DNA of 64,000 nt from NCBI GenBank assembly GCA_002422455.1, contig DIVK01000060.1:13428-77427 (forward strand), written 5' to 3'. Under the pieces are notes generated by a model, which saw nothing but the letters and a program-made list of their open reading frames with translations, had not been told where the DNA came from and did not search any database. This DNA comes from Rhodoferax sp. UBA6134 (GTDB taxonomy: Bacteria > Pseudomonadota > Gammaproteobacteria > Burkholderiales > Burkholderiaceae_C). The translations under genes were made by a program, and so were the position numbers. Below, in pieces: positions 1-8,726 of this stretch (position 1 is its first letter; the number at the start of each line of letters is the position of its first letter).

Positions 1-2840
1 GCGGTCTTGCCGGGAATCAGCTCGCACTCGCCTTTCTTCCACTCCTTCACGCCGAAGGGCTGGGCCAGCTCGGCCGGCGAGTCGTGCATCAGCGGTGTCA
101 GCACCATCTCGCGTTCCACCCCCAGGTGGCCGACGCACAGTTCGCTGAACTTCCTGGCGAAGCCCTTGTAGATGTCCCAGTCGCTCTTGCTCTGCCAGGC
201 CGGGTCCACCGCCGTGCTCAAGGGGTGGATGAAGGGGTGCATGTCGCTGGTGTTGAGGTCGTTCTTCTCGTACCAGGTGGCGGTGGGCAGCACGATGTCC
301 GAGTACAGACAGGTGGTGCTCATGCGGAAGTCCAGCGTGACCAGCAGGTCCAGCTTGCCCTCCGGGGCTTGGTCGTGCCAGACCACTTCCGTGGGTAACC
401 CCGATCGGGCTGAGCTTGTCGAAGCCCCTTGCCGAGCATGCCCTTCGACAGGCTCAGGGCGAACGGTTTCTTCTCCTAAATCCTTGCCCTGCACGCCGTG
501 GCTGGTGCCCAGCAGGTGCTTGAGGAAGTACTCGTGGCCCTTGCCGCTGGAGCCCAGCAGGTTGGAGCGCCAGACAAACATGTTGCGCGGCCAGTTGGCC
601 GGGTGGTCCGGGTCTTCGCAACTCATCTTGAGCGTGCCATCCTTCAAGCTCTTGACGGCGTAGTCCTTCGGATCCATGCCGGCGGCGGCGGCGTCTTTTA
701 CCACCTGCATGGGGTTGGTCTGCAACTGCGGGGCGCTGGGCAGCCAGCCCATGCGTTCGGCGCGCACGTTGTAGTCGATCATGCTGCCGCCGTAAAGCTG
801 CTTGTCGGCCAGCGGTGAGAGCACCTCCTCCATGCCCAGCTTCTCGTAGCGCCACTGATCGGTGTGGGCGTAGAAGAAGCTGGTGGAATTCATCTGGCGC
901 GGCGGGCGGATCCAGTCCAGCGCGAAGGCCAGTGGCAGCCACCCGGTTTGCGGGCGCAGCTTTTCCTGGCCCACATAGTGCGCCCAGCCGCCGCCGCTCT
1001 GGCCGATGCAGCCGCACATCATCAGCATGTTGATGATGCCGCGGTAGTTCATGTCGCTGTGGTACCAGTGGTTCATGGCCGCGCCGATGATGACCATGGA
1101 CTTGCCGCGGGTCTTGTCGGCGTTGTCGGCAAACTGGCGCGCCACGGTGATGAGCTGATCACGCGGCACGCCGGTGATCTTTTCCTGCCAGGCCGGGGTG
1201 TAGGGTGTGTCGTCGTCGTAGTTCCTGGCCGCCAGTTCGCCGTCCAGCCCGCGCGCGACACCGTAATTGGCCGCCTGCAGGTCGAACACGGTGGCCACCA
1301 GGGCCTCGCGCTTGTCGCCTTCCTTGCCCAGCGAGATGCGCGTCACCGGCACGGTGCGCACCAGCACGTTGCTGGCCGCGGCGCCCGTGGTGTTGTTGGG
1401 GAAGTGCTCGTGCTCGATGCCGCCGAAGTAGGGGAAGCCGATCTTGGCGATTTCGGTCGTGGCGCAGCCCTCCAGCGCCGAGAGCCTGAGTTTGACGTCG
1501 TTGCCGTGGCGCGCTTCCTTGGCTTGCAGGTTCCATTGGCCGGCATCGGTCCGGCCGTCCGGACCCCAGCGGAAACCGATGGCCCCCTGGGGCAGCACCA
1601 CCTTGCCGTCTTCGTTGAAGGCGACGGTTTTCCACTCGGGGTTGTTGGCCTGGCCCAGCTTGCCGTTGAAGTCGCTGGCGCGCACATAGCGGTCGGGCAC
1701 CATGACGATCTCGCCGCTGGGCAACTGCTGCTCCTTGAGCAGCACCAGCATGGGCAGGTCGGTGTAGCGGCGGGCGTAGTCGTCGAAATAGGCAGATCGG
1801 TAGCCCCCCTGTGTGCCTGCCGGCGCTTCCACCCCGGGGAGGGCGGACGAGCTTGGGGCGGCCCGGCGCTCGTCCCGCTCGCCGAAGTAGAACTCCTTCA
1901 TGATGACGTGGCCCATGGCCATGGCCACAGCGGCGTCGGTGCCCTGTTTGGGGTGCATCCAGATGTCGGAGAGTTTGGCGACTTCCGAGTAGTCGGGCGT
2001 GACGGCCACGGTCTTGGCGCCCTTGTAGCGCACCTCGGTGAAGAAGTGGGCGTCGGGGGTGCGCGTCTGCGGCACGTTGGAGCCCCAGGCGATGATGTAG
2101 CTGGAGTTGTACCAGTCGGCCGATTCGGGCACGTCGGTCTGCTCGCCCCAGATTTGCGGGCTGGCGGGGGGGAGGTCGCAGTACCAGTCGTAGAAGCTCA
2201 TGCAGACGCCGCCCAGCAGGCTCAGGTAGCGCGAGCCGGCGGCGTAGCTGACCATGGACATGGCCGGGATGGGCGAGAAGCCGATCACGCGGTCCGGGCC
2301 GTGTTTCTTGACGGTGTAGATGTTCGCCGCGGCGATCATCTCGTTGACCTCGTCCCAGCTGGAACGCACGAAGCCGCCCAGGCCGCGCACGCTCTGGTAT
2401 TCGCGTCGCTTGGCGTTGCTCTCGGCAATGGAAGCCCAGGCATCCACCGGCTCGTGCAAGAGGCGGGCCTCGCGCCAGAGTTTGAGCAGACGCCCGCGCA
2501 CCAGCGGGTACTTGACGCGGTTGGCGCTGTACAGGTACCAGCTGTAGCTGGCGCCGCGGGCGCAGCCGCGCGGCTCGTGGTTGGGCATGTCCCAGCGGGT
2601 GCGGGGGTAGTCGGTCTGCTGGGTTTCCCAGGTGACGATGCCGCCCTTGACGTAGATCTTCCACGAGCAGGAGCCCGTGCAGTTGACGCCGTGGGTGGAA
2701 CGCACGATCTTGTCGTGGGCCCAGCGGTCGCGGTAGGCGTCTTCCCAGGTACGGTCTTCACCGGTGGTGACACCGTGGTCCTTGGAGAAGGACTCCCGGG
2801 GTTGCGAGAAGTAGCTCAGTCGGTCGAGAAAATGGCTCAT
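1..2840 (-). CDS. narG: Respiratory nitrate reductase alpha subunit (partial; 3' end lies outside the window)
   Basis: Manual translation from ATG at 2840: MSHFLDRL...STHGVNCTGSCSW (FS0 ligands)...WRSNLLGSSGKGHEYFLKHLLG...DFRMSTTCLYSDIVLPTATWYEK; same frame at all segments checked; absent from the ORF track because it runs off the window edge. Confidence 0.97.
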   Translation of the reverse strand, partial: MSHFLDRLSYFSQPRESFSKDHGVTTGEDRTWEDAYRDRWAHDKIVRSTHGVNCTGSCSWKIYVKGGIVTWETQQTDYPRTRWDMPNHEPRGCARGASYSWYLYSANRVKYPLVRGRLLKLWREARLLHEPVDAWASIAESNAKRREYQSVRGLGGFVRSSWDEVNEMIAAANIYTVKKHGPDRVIGFSPIPAMSMVSYAAGSRYLSLLGGVCMSFYDWYCDLPPASPQIWGEQTDVPESADWYNSSYIIAWGSNVPQTRTPDAHFFTEVRYKGAKTVAVTPDYSEVAKLSDIWMHPKQGTDAAVAMAMGHVIMKEFYFGERDERRAAPSSSALPGVEAPAGTQGGYRSAYFDDYARRYTDLPMLVLLKEQQLPSGEIVMVPDRYVRASDFNGKLGQANNPEWKTVAFNEDGKVVLPQGAIGFRWGPDGRTDAGQWNLQAKEARHGNDVKLRLSALEGCATTEIAKIGFPYFGGIEHEHFPNNTTGAAASNVLVRTVPVTRISLGKEGDKREALVATVFDLQAANYGVARGLDGELAARNYDDDTPYTPAWQEKITGVPRDQLITVARQFADNADKTRGKSMVIIGAAMNHWYHSDMNYRGIINMLMMCGCIGQSGGGWAHYVGQEKLRPQTGWLPLAFALDWIRPPRQMNSTSFFYAHTDQWRYEKLGMEEVLSPLADKQLYGGSMIDYNVRAERMGWLPSAPQLQTNPMQVVKDAAAAGMDPKDYAVKSLKDGTLKMSCEDPDHPANWPRNMFVWRSNLLGSSGKGHEYFLKHLLGTSHGVQGKDLGEETVRPEPVEGHARQGASTSSARSGLPTEVVWHDQAPEGKLDLLVTLDFRMSTTCLYSDIVLPTATWYEKNDLNTSDMHPFIHPLSTAVDPAWQSKSDWDIYKGFARKFSELCVGHLGVEREMVLTPLMHDSPAELAQPFGVKEWKKGECELIPGKT
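401..466. repeat. Palindromic REP/MITE-like element (family A) inserted in frame in narG
   Basis: ccgatcgggctgagcttgtcgaagcc...gcccttcgacaggctcagggcgaacgg; near reverse complement of the 2861-2930 copy; 66 bp. Confidence 0.9.
1803..1880. repeat. GC-rich structured repeat-like element (family B) inserted in frame in narG
   Basis: Stem ggacgagc (1845-1852)/gctcgtcc (1868-1875) around ttggggcggcccggc; encodes an extra peptide between KEFYF and RSAYFDDY. Confidence 0.7.
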
Positions 2841-2860
2841 GTTGGCGCTCCTTTTTGACT

Positions 2861-2930
2861 CCGTTCGCCCTGAGCTTGTCGAAGGGCTTGTACGAAAGCT
2901 CGCTGGCTTCGACAGGCTCAGCCCGAACGG
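2861..2930. repeat. Palindromic REP/MITE-like element (family A), intergenic narK2-narG
   Basis: ccgttcgccctgagcttgtcgaagggc-spacer-ggcttcgacaggctcagcccgaacgg, imperfect inverted arms of about 26 bp. Confidence 0.92.
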
Positions 2931-2949
2931 AATGGATGGTTGATGGTGC

Positions 2950-4593
2950 TCAGGGGTTCTTCACGTAGGCGTTCGCGCGCAGGTAGAACCACCAGTTCAG
3001 CACCAGGCACAGGGCGTAGAAGACGGCGAAGCCGTACATGGCGTACTGCGGCGTGCCGGCCTTGATCTGGGCGCCGATTACCACCGGGGCGACGAAGGCG
3101 CCGTAGGCGGCGATGGCCGAGGTCCAGCCCAGCACCGGACCGGCCTGGGTGCGATCGAAGATCACCGCGATGGTGCGGAAGGTTGAGCCGTTGCCGATGC
3201 CGGTGGCGGTGAACAGCAGCACGAACAGCACCATGAAGGTCAGGAAGTACTGTTCGGGCGTGGCCGACTGGTAGGCTTGCAGCATGACGTAGCCCACCGC
3301 GGCCGAGGCCACGACCATGATGGCCGAGATGATCTGCGTGACGATGGAGCCGCCGACCTTGTCCGATATCCAGCCGCCGATGGGGCGCACGGCGGCGCCG
3401 ACGAAGGGACCGATCCAGGCGTAGGTCAAGGCCGACGGCGCGTTGGGGTTCTTGGCATGGACCCAGGCGTTGGTGGCCACGTCGAAGACGTGGGTGCTGC
3501 CGAAGATCACCGTGATGGACAGCGGCAGGGCCATGGAGAAGCCGATGAAACTGCCGAAGGTCACGATGTACAGCGCCGTCATGGACCAGGTGTGCTTGTC
3601 TTTGAAGATGGCGAACTGCTTGGCTATGTTCTCCTTCATGGTGCCGAAGGCCGTGAGCTTCATCACCAGCAGGGTGCTGACGATGATCAGCGGCATGGCC
3701 AGCCACATGTTCAGCAGGCCCAGGCCGGTGGGCGCCGGCAGGTAAAGGTAGAGGCCCACACCGGCCGGCAGGAAGGACAGGGTGTAGAGCCAGATGATCT
3801 TGATGAAGGCGCTGATCGTGCTGCCCAGGCTGTTGTCCACGCCCGGTGTCACCGTTTTCAGATTGTTCATGCCGAACCAGCACAGCACCGACAGCGGTAC
3901 CAGCGAGAGCAGCCAGGCAAAGCCGGCGTTCTGAATGTAGGTCGGTGTGCCGGCGGCGATCTTGCCGAAGATCCAGCCGCTGTCCTTCACCAGCGTCATG
4001 GCCTCGCCGCCGAAGGGGCCGAACAGGCTCATGGTCATGACGAAGGGGATGACGACCTGCATGGTCGTCACACCGAAATTGCCCAGGCCGGCGTTCAGGC
4101 CCAGGGCCGTGCCCTGCAGGCGCTTGGGGAAGAAGGTGCCGATATTGGACATGGAGCTGGCAAAGTTGCCGCCGCCCACGCCCGACCACAGGGCCATGAG
4201 CTGGAAGGCCCACAGCGGCCAGTCTTTATGTTGGAGCGCGATGCCGGTGCCGATGGCCGGCGCCAGCAGCATGGCGGTGGTCAGGAAGATGGTGTTGCGC
4301 CCGCCGGCCAGCCGGATCAGGAAGCTGGCCGGGATGCGCATGGTGGCGCCGGCCAGGCCCGCGATGGCCGTCAGTGTGAAGAGTTCGGCCTGGGCGAAGG
4401 GGAAACCCAGGTTGAGCATCTGCACGGTGATGATGCCCCACATGCCCCAGATGGCGAAGCCGCACAGCAGGGCCGGCACCGAGATCCAGAGGTTGCGGTA
4501 GGCGATGTGCTTGCCGGTGCTTTCCCAGAACTGCTCGTCTTCGGGGCGCCAGTCGGTGAGGGTGGCGCCCGATGCCTTGGTGGTGGTGTTCAT
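2950..4593 (-). CDS. narK2: NarK2-type nitrate/nitrite MFS transporter
   Basis: WRPEDEQFW N-terminus, GGGNFASSM and GIGNGSTF nitrate signatures; adjacent to narG. Confidence 0.92.
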   Translation of the reverse strand: MNTTTKASGATLTDWRPEDEQFWESTGKHIAYRNLWISVPALLCGFAIWGMWGIITVQMLNLGFPFAQAELFTLTAIAGLAGATMRIPASFLIRLAGGRNTIFLTTAMLLAPAIGTGIALQHKDWPLWAFQLMALWSGVGGGNFASSMSNIGTFFPKRLQGTALGLNAGLGNFGVTTMQVVIPFVMTMSLFGPFGGEAMTLVKDSGWIFGKIAAGTPTYIQNAGFAWLLSLVPLSVLCWFGMNNLKTVTPGVDNSLGSTISAFIKIIWLYTLSFLPAGVGLYLYLPAPTGLGLLNMWLAMPLIIVSTLLVMKLTAFGTMKENIAKQFAIFKDKHTWSMTALYIVTFGSFIGFSMALPLSITVIFGSTHVFDVATNAWVHAKNPNAPSALTYAWIGPFVGAAVRPIGGWISDKVGGSIVTQIISAIMVVASAAVGYVMLQAYQSATPEQYFLTFMVLFVLLFTATGIGNGSTFRTIAVIFDRTQAGPVLGWTSAIAAYGAFVAPVVIGAQIKAGTPQYAMYGFAVFYALCLVLNWWFYLRANAYVKNP

Positions 4594-4620
4594 GATGGTT
4601 CCTGGTGAAGGGGTGAGGTG

Positions 4621-5877
4621 TCAGCCCTTGAGGCTGAAAGCGGTGGCGTGGGCGCCCATGACTTCGGTGCGACGCACTTCGGTCCAGTACATCCAGATCA
4701 GCGAGACCCAGACCACGCCGTACATCAGCATGAAGGCACTGGAGCGGATGCCGGTGATGTCGAGCAGGGCGCCGAACAGGATGGGAAGCACGAAACCGCC
4801 CAGACCGCCGGCCAGGCCGACGATGCCGCTGATGGCGCCGATGTTGCCGCCATAGTCGTCGCTGATGTACTTGAACACGCTGGCCTTGCCAAAGGCAAAG
4901 GCGATGCCCAGGATGAACATCAGGCCGGTGAAGGCGTAGACATTCAGGCCAATATGAAAAGTCCTGGGGCCGTTGACGGTGGCGACCGTGAAGTCGAACT
5001 GCGGATAGCTCAGCAAAAACAGGCAGATCCAGCTCACCCACATCACCCACCAGGTCACGCTGTGGGCACCGTATTTGTCGGACAGCCAGCCGCCCACCGC
5101 CCGCAGCACGCCGCCGGGCAGCGAGAAGCAGGCGGCAAGCAGGGCGGCGGCGCGGATGTCCAGGCCGTATTCACCCACGTAGTACTGCACCATCCACAGC
5201 GACAGGGCCACATAGCCGCCGAACACGATGCTGTAGTACTGGCAGTACTTCAGGACCTTGGGATCCTTCAGGGACCTGATCTGGTCCTTGAATTTGACGT
5301 TGCTGGGCACCAGGTGGGCCGGGTCGCTGTAGCTGAAAAACCAGAACAGGACAACGGTTCCCAGCATGATCGCGGCGTACACCTGTGGCACCAGGGTCCA
5401 GCCAAAGGCCACCACCAGTGCCGGTGCGATGAACTTGTTGACGGCTGCCCCCGAGTTGCCGGCGCCATAGACACCCATCGCAAACCCCTGCTGGCCTTTG
5501 GGAAACCAGCGCGCCACGTAAGGCGTGCCGACTGAAAACGATCCGCCCGCCAACCCCACGAACAAGCCGATGATCAGAAAATGCCAGTAGGCGGTGGCGT
5601 AGCTCATCAACCAGATGGCCGGCACCGTCAACGCCATCAGCAGGGTCATCACGAGGCGTCCCCCGTATCTGTCGGTCCAGATGCCCAGTGGCACCCGGAT
5701 CAGTGAGCCGGTCAACACGGGTGTTGCCGTCAGAAGTCCGAATTCCGTGGCATTGAGTCCCAGCGCCTTTTTGATCGGTATGCCGATCACGCCAAACATC
5801 ATCCACACCATGAAGCACACGGTAAATGCCAGTGTGCTGACGATCAGCACCGAGAGTGCCTGTCCTTTTCGTATCAT
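4621..5877 (-). CDS. narK1: NarK1-type nitrate/nitrite MFS transporter
   Basis: MFS with GLAGGSFSVG...GAGNSG motif; tandem with narK2. Confidence 0.9.
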   Translation of the reverse strand: MIRKGQALSVLIVSTLAFTVCFMVWMMFGVIGIPIKKALGLNATEFGLLTATPVLTGSLIRVPLGIWTDRYGGRLVMTLLMALTVPAIWLMSYATAYWHFLIIGLFVGLAGGSFSVGTPYVARWFPKGQQGFAMGVYGAGNSGAAVNKFIAPALVVAFGWTLVPQVYAAIMLGTVVLFWFFSYSDPAHLVPSNVKFKDQIRSLKDPKVLKYCQYYSIVFGGYVALSLWMVQYYVGEYGLDIRAAALLAACFSLPGGVLRAVGGWLSDKYGAHSVTWWVMWVSWICLFLLSYPQFDFTVATVNGPRTFHIGLNVYAFTGLMFILGIAFAFGKASVFKYISDDYGGNIGAISGIVGLAGGLGGFVLPILFGALLDITGIRSSAFMLMYGVVWVSLIWMYWTEVRRTEVMGAHATAFSLKG

Positions 5878-5986
5878 GTCAAAACCCCTTTGCGCATGGC
5901 ATAACGTTAAGGTGGAAGGACCTTTTCCGGCATCCCCCTGAAGGAGTGGTGATCAAGGTAAATGGAACTACCCGTCACACCCGCAG

Positions 5987-6006
5987 CATAGTTCCGAAGA
6001 ACTATG
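5987..6006. promoter_or_regulatory. Perfect 8-bp inverted repeat upstream of narK1, possible NarL-type 7-2-7 site
   Basis: catagttc-cgaa-gaactatg. Confidence 0.4.
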
Positions 6007-6028
6007 GGAGCATGGTTATCGCGATGGT

Positions 6029-6042
6029 TTGCGTTAAATCAA
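6029..6042 (-). promoter_or_regulatory. FNR/ANR-type box upstream of the narK-narG operon
   Basis: Minus strand TTGAT-TTAA-CGCAA versus consensus TTGAT-N4-ATCAA; overlaps the narL stop codon. Confidence 0.6.
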
Positions 6043-6779
6043 GGCAGGCCGTTTTCGCTGGCCATAACGGCAGCGTGGACCCGTGAACTGACGTTGAGCT
6101 TGCGCAAGACATGTTGCACATGGATCTTGACGGTGGTTTCGGCAATGCCGTGTGCGCGTGCAATTTCCTTGTTGCTGGCACCGCGTGCGATGCCCCGCAA
6201 AATGTCGAGTTCACGTGGCGACAGGTGGGCAAAGAGGGCATTCCCGTTGGCCGCCTCGGCTGCGGGCGGCGTCGATCCTTCGCCGGTGGCGCCCGTGCCT
6301 TCGCTTGCAGGGGCGCCCATGGTGGCGCCGCGGTAGGCTGCCACCAGCTTGCTGGTCATCTCCGGCGCCACGACATGGGCGCCCTGCATCGCCTGCTGGA
6401 TGGCGGCGGTCAATGCATCACCTTCGATGGTTTTTAGCAGGTAGCCGGCCGCGCCGCCACGTAACGCTGCGGCGAGGTCGTTTTCATCTTCGCTCACGGT
6501 CAGCATCAGGATGCGGGCGCCGGGCGCCGCTTCAAGCAGGGCTGGCAGGACATCGACGCCACTGACACCAGGCAAGTGGTTGTCCAGCAAGATGAGATCG
6601 GGTTGAAGCTCCTGGGCTTTTCGCAGTGCCTGGCCTGCATCCGCCGCATCGCCGACGACGTTTAAACGCGCGTCGCGCGCCAACAGCGCCGTCAAGCCAC
6701 GCCGAAACAGGGTGTGGTCATCCACCACCAGAATGCGAACCAGCGGAGAATCTGGTGGTGGCGCGATCGGCTTCATCAT
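6039..6779 (-). CDS. narL: NarL-family response regulator
   Basis: REC domain (VVDDH, DLILLD) plus LuxR HTH (LSPRELDIL...SNKEIAR...TVKIHVQHVLRKL). Confidence 0.92.
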   Translation of the reverse strand: MMKPIAPPPDSPLVRILVVDDHTLFRRGLTALLARDARLNVVGDAADAGQALRKAQELQPDLILLDNHLPGVSGVDVLPALLEAAPGARILMLTVSEDENDLAAALRGGAAGYLLKTIEGDALTAAIQQAMQGAHVVAPEMTSKLVAAYRGATMGAPASEGTGATGEGSTPPAAEAANGNALFAHLSPRELDILRGIARGASNKEIARAHGIAETTVKIHVQHVLRKLNVSSRVHAAVMASENGLP

Positions 6780-8698
6780 GTTGCGACAGCGTTGGCCTTG
6801 TGTGTGACCAGTGACGCCACGGGCATCGGGTGGGCCGGTGACGGTAAAGTGACAATGACGGAGCTGCCGTGGCCAGGGGTGGAGATCATGTCCAGCTTGG
6901 CGCCAATGCGCTGGGCGCGTTCCGCCATGATGCGAAGACCGACATGGGTTTCGTCGAGGTGGTCGTTGCCGGGCCTGAAGCCGATGCCGTCGTCACGCAC
7001 CTCAAAGCGCCACGCGGGCTGTTGCTGCACGTCGAGCCAGACTTGTGAGGCGCGGGCATGCTTGCGCACGTTGGACAGGGCTTCCTGAACGATGTGCAAC
7101 ACCTGGACTTGCAGGTCGGGTGACAAGGGCATGCCTTGCCCCTGCATGGATAAAGATGCTTTCATGCCACTTTGATGTTCAAATTTTCGCAGCGTGGTGG
7201 CCAGTGCGGGTTCGATGTCTTCGGTGTTGGTGCGGGTGCGAAAGTGCAGCAGCAGTTCGCGGACATCGCTGTAACTCTCGCGCACGCCGACGTCAATTTC
7301 CTTCAGTACCTGTTTTATTTCGGCGGTGTCGCCGGCCTGCACCGCGTCGCGCATCAGTTGCACCTGAATTTTCAGAAAGGCGAGAGATTGGGCAATCGAG
7401 TCGTGCAGCTCTCGGGCCAGCAAGTTCCGCTCTTGCGATACGGCGGCTTCTTTTTCGAGGGCATTGAGACGCAGGTTTTCCATGGCGCTGGCCAGGTGGC
7501 TGCCGAGTGCTTCGAGCAGGGAACGTTCCGCCGTCGAGGGGCTGACTCTGGCATGGAAGAACAGGTCCACCTCTCCCATCAAGCGATCGTGCAGATGCAC
7601 CGGGATGCTGAGCACCGTTTCAAAGCCGGCTTTGGCGCAATGCTGAAGTGGCATCCTGTTTCCGGCCTGGATCGGAATAACGCGCAATCCAGTCTCGGGA
7701 GAGGATTTTGCGCAATGGCAGTCATTTTTGTCGATGCACAGCTCGGCATCGACCATGGTGCTGGGCAGGCCATGGGCCGCCAGCATCAGGTAACGCTGGT
7801 TGGCCTGGTCCGACCAGCGCAGTGCGACACCATCTGCGCGGGCGATCCGGGCGATGCTTTTGATAAAGCCTTGTGCCAATTCGTCCAGCGAGGTGGCTTT
7901 TGCGACCAGGGCGGTCACCTCGTACAGGCTTTCCAGCCGCTCATGTTTTTCTTCGAGCTGGGCGGTTTTTTCCGCCACTTTGTGTTCCAGGTGGCGGTAC
8001 ATGGACTGCAAGTGTTCAGCCATGCCGTTGAAGCCGTCCGCCAGGGTGCCGAATTCGTCACTGGTCACGCGTTCTACACGGGCGTCAAAATCGCCCCGCT
8101 GGATTTTTTCAATGGCCTGCTTGAGCTGACCGACCGGCTCCAGCACAAAAAGATATCCGGTGAGAAGTAAAACCGCCGCGCCCAGTATGGCCATCGTCAA
8201 CATGGTCATCTGCAGCAGGTGAAGTATGGCAGTCCAGTGGGCCAGGTGGGACTCTATGCCTGTGACCAGGGCATTGATGCGTGAAGAAAAGGCAATCGTT
8301 TCGGTGCGCAAGTCGTGCAAAGAGCGTGGTTTGGCGCTGCTCCAGTGCGCCTGGTAGAGCAGCCAGTCCTGTGCAACCTTTTCAAACAGAGCGCGCACCG
8401 TGTCGTCCCAGGGTACGAACAGCGGGCGCTCAGGGTCGCCACTGCGCAGGAGGGCCAGACTTTGGTCAAATTCCCTGACCTGTCCGGCCAGGGCGCCGGT
8501 TTCCCCCGTTCCGACGGACAGGGCAATCCGGTAGGCCTGCATCCGCATCCGGCCCGCTTCGTTGACGGCGGCAGCGCCGCCGTCGAGCTGCCATGAAACC
8601 CACAGCGTGGCCGCGGTGGAGAGTAGCGCCAGCAGCAGGAAGGGCGCGCCGACCAGTGCCAGCTTGGCACCCAGGCTCCACTGTTTGTTCGGCGCCAT
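6776..8698 (-). CDS. narX: NarX/NarQ nitrate-sensing histidine kinase
   Basis: P-box AVNEAGRMRMQAYR, HAMP, GAF, ARELHDSIAQ H-box, HATPase. Confidence 0.93.
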   Translation of the reverse strand: MAPNKQWSLGAKLALVGAPFLLLALLSTAATLWVSWQLDGGAAAVNEAGRMRMQAYRIALSVGTGETGALAGQVREFDQSLALLRSGDPERPLFVPWDDTVRALFEKVAQDWLLYQAHWSSAKPRSLHDLRTETIAFSSRINALVTGIESHLAHWTAILHLLQMTMLTMAILGAAVLLLTGYLFVLEPVGQLKQAIEKIQRGDFDARVERVTSDEFGTLADGFNGMAEHLQSMYRHLEHKVAEKTAQLEEKHERLESLYEVTALVAKATSLDELAQGFIKSIARIARADGVALRWSDQANQRYLMLAAHGLPSTMVDAELCIDKNDCHCAKSSPETGLRVIPIQAGNRMPLQHCAKAGFETVLSIPVHLHDRLMGEVDLFFHARVSPSTAERSLLEALGSHLASAMENLRLNALEKEAAVSQERNLLARELHDSIAQSLAFLKIQVQLMRDAVQAGDTAEIKQVLKEIDVGVRESYSDVRELLLHFRTRTNTEDIEPALATTLRKFEHQSGMKASLSMQGQGMPLSPDLQVQVLHIVQEALSNVRKHARASQVWLDVQQQPAWRFEVRDDGIGFRPGNDHLDETHVGLRIMAERAQRIGAKLDMISTPGHGSSVIVTLPSPAHPMPVASLVTHKANAVAT

Positions 8699-8726
8699 GC
8701 CCTGGTTCCGACGGCCCCTGCCGCGT

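Noticed and set aside
1-2840. narG as a fragmented pseudogene (no long ORF in the track)
   Set aside because: Manual translation keeps one frame across both inserts; the ORF simply runs off the window edge
864-2858. 664-aa plus-strand ORF
   Set aside because: Antisense shadow of narG caused by high-GC codon bias; no recognisable motifs
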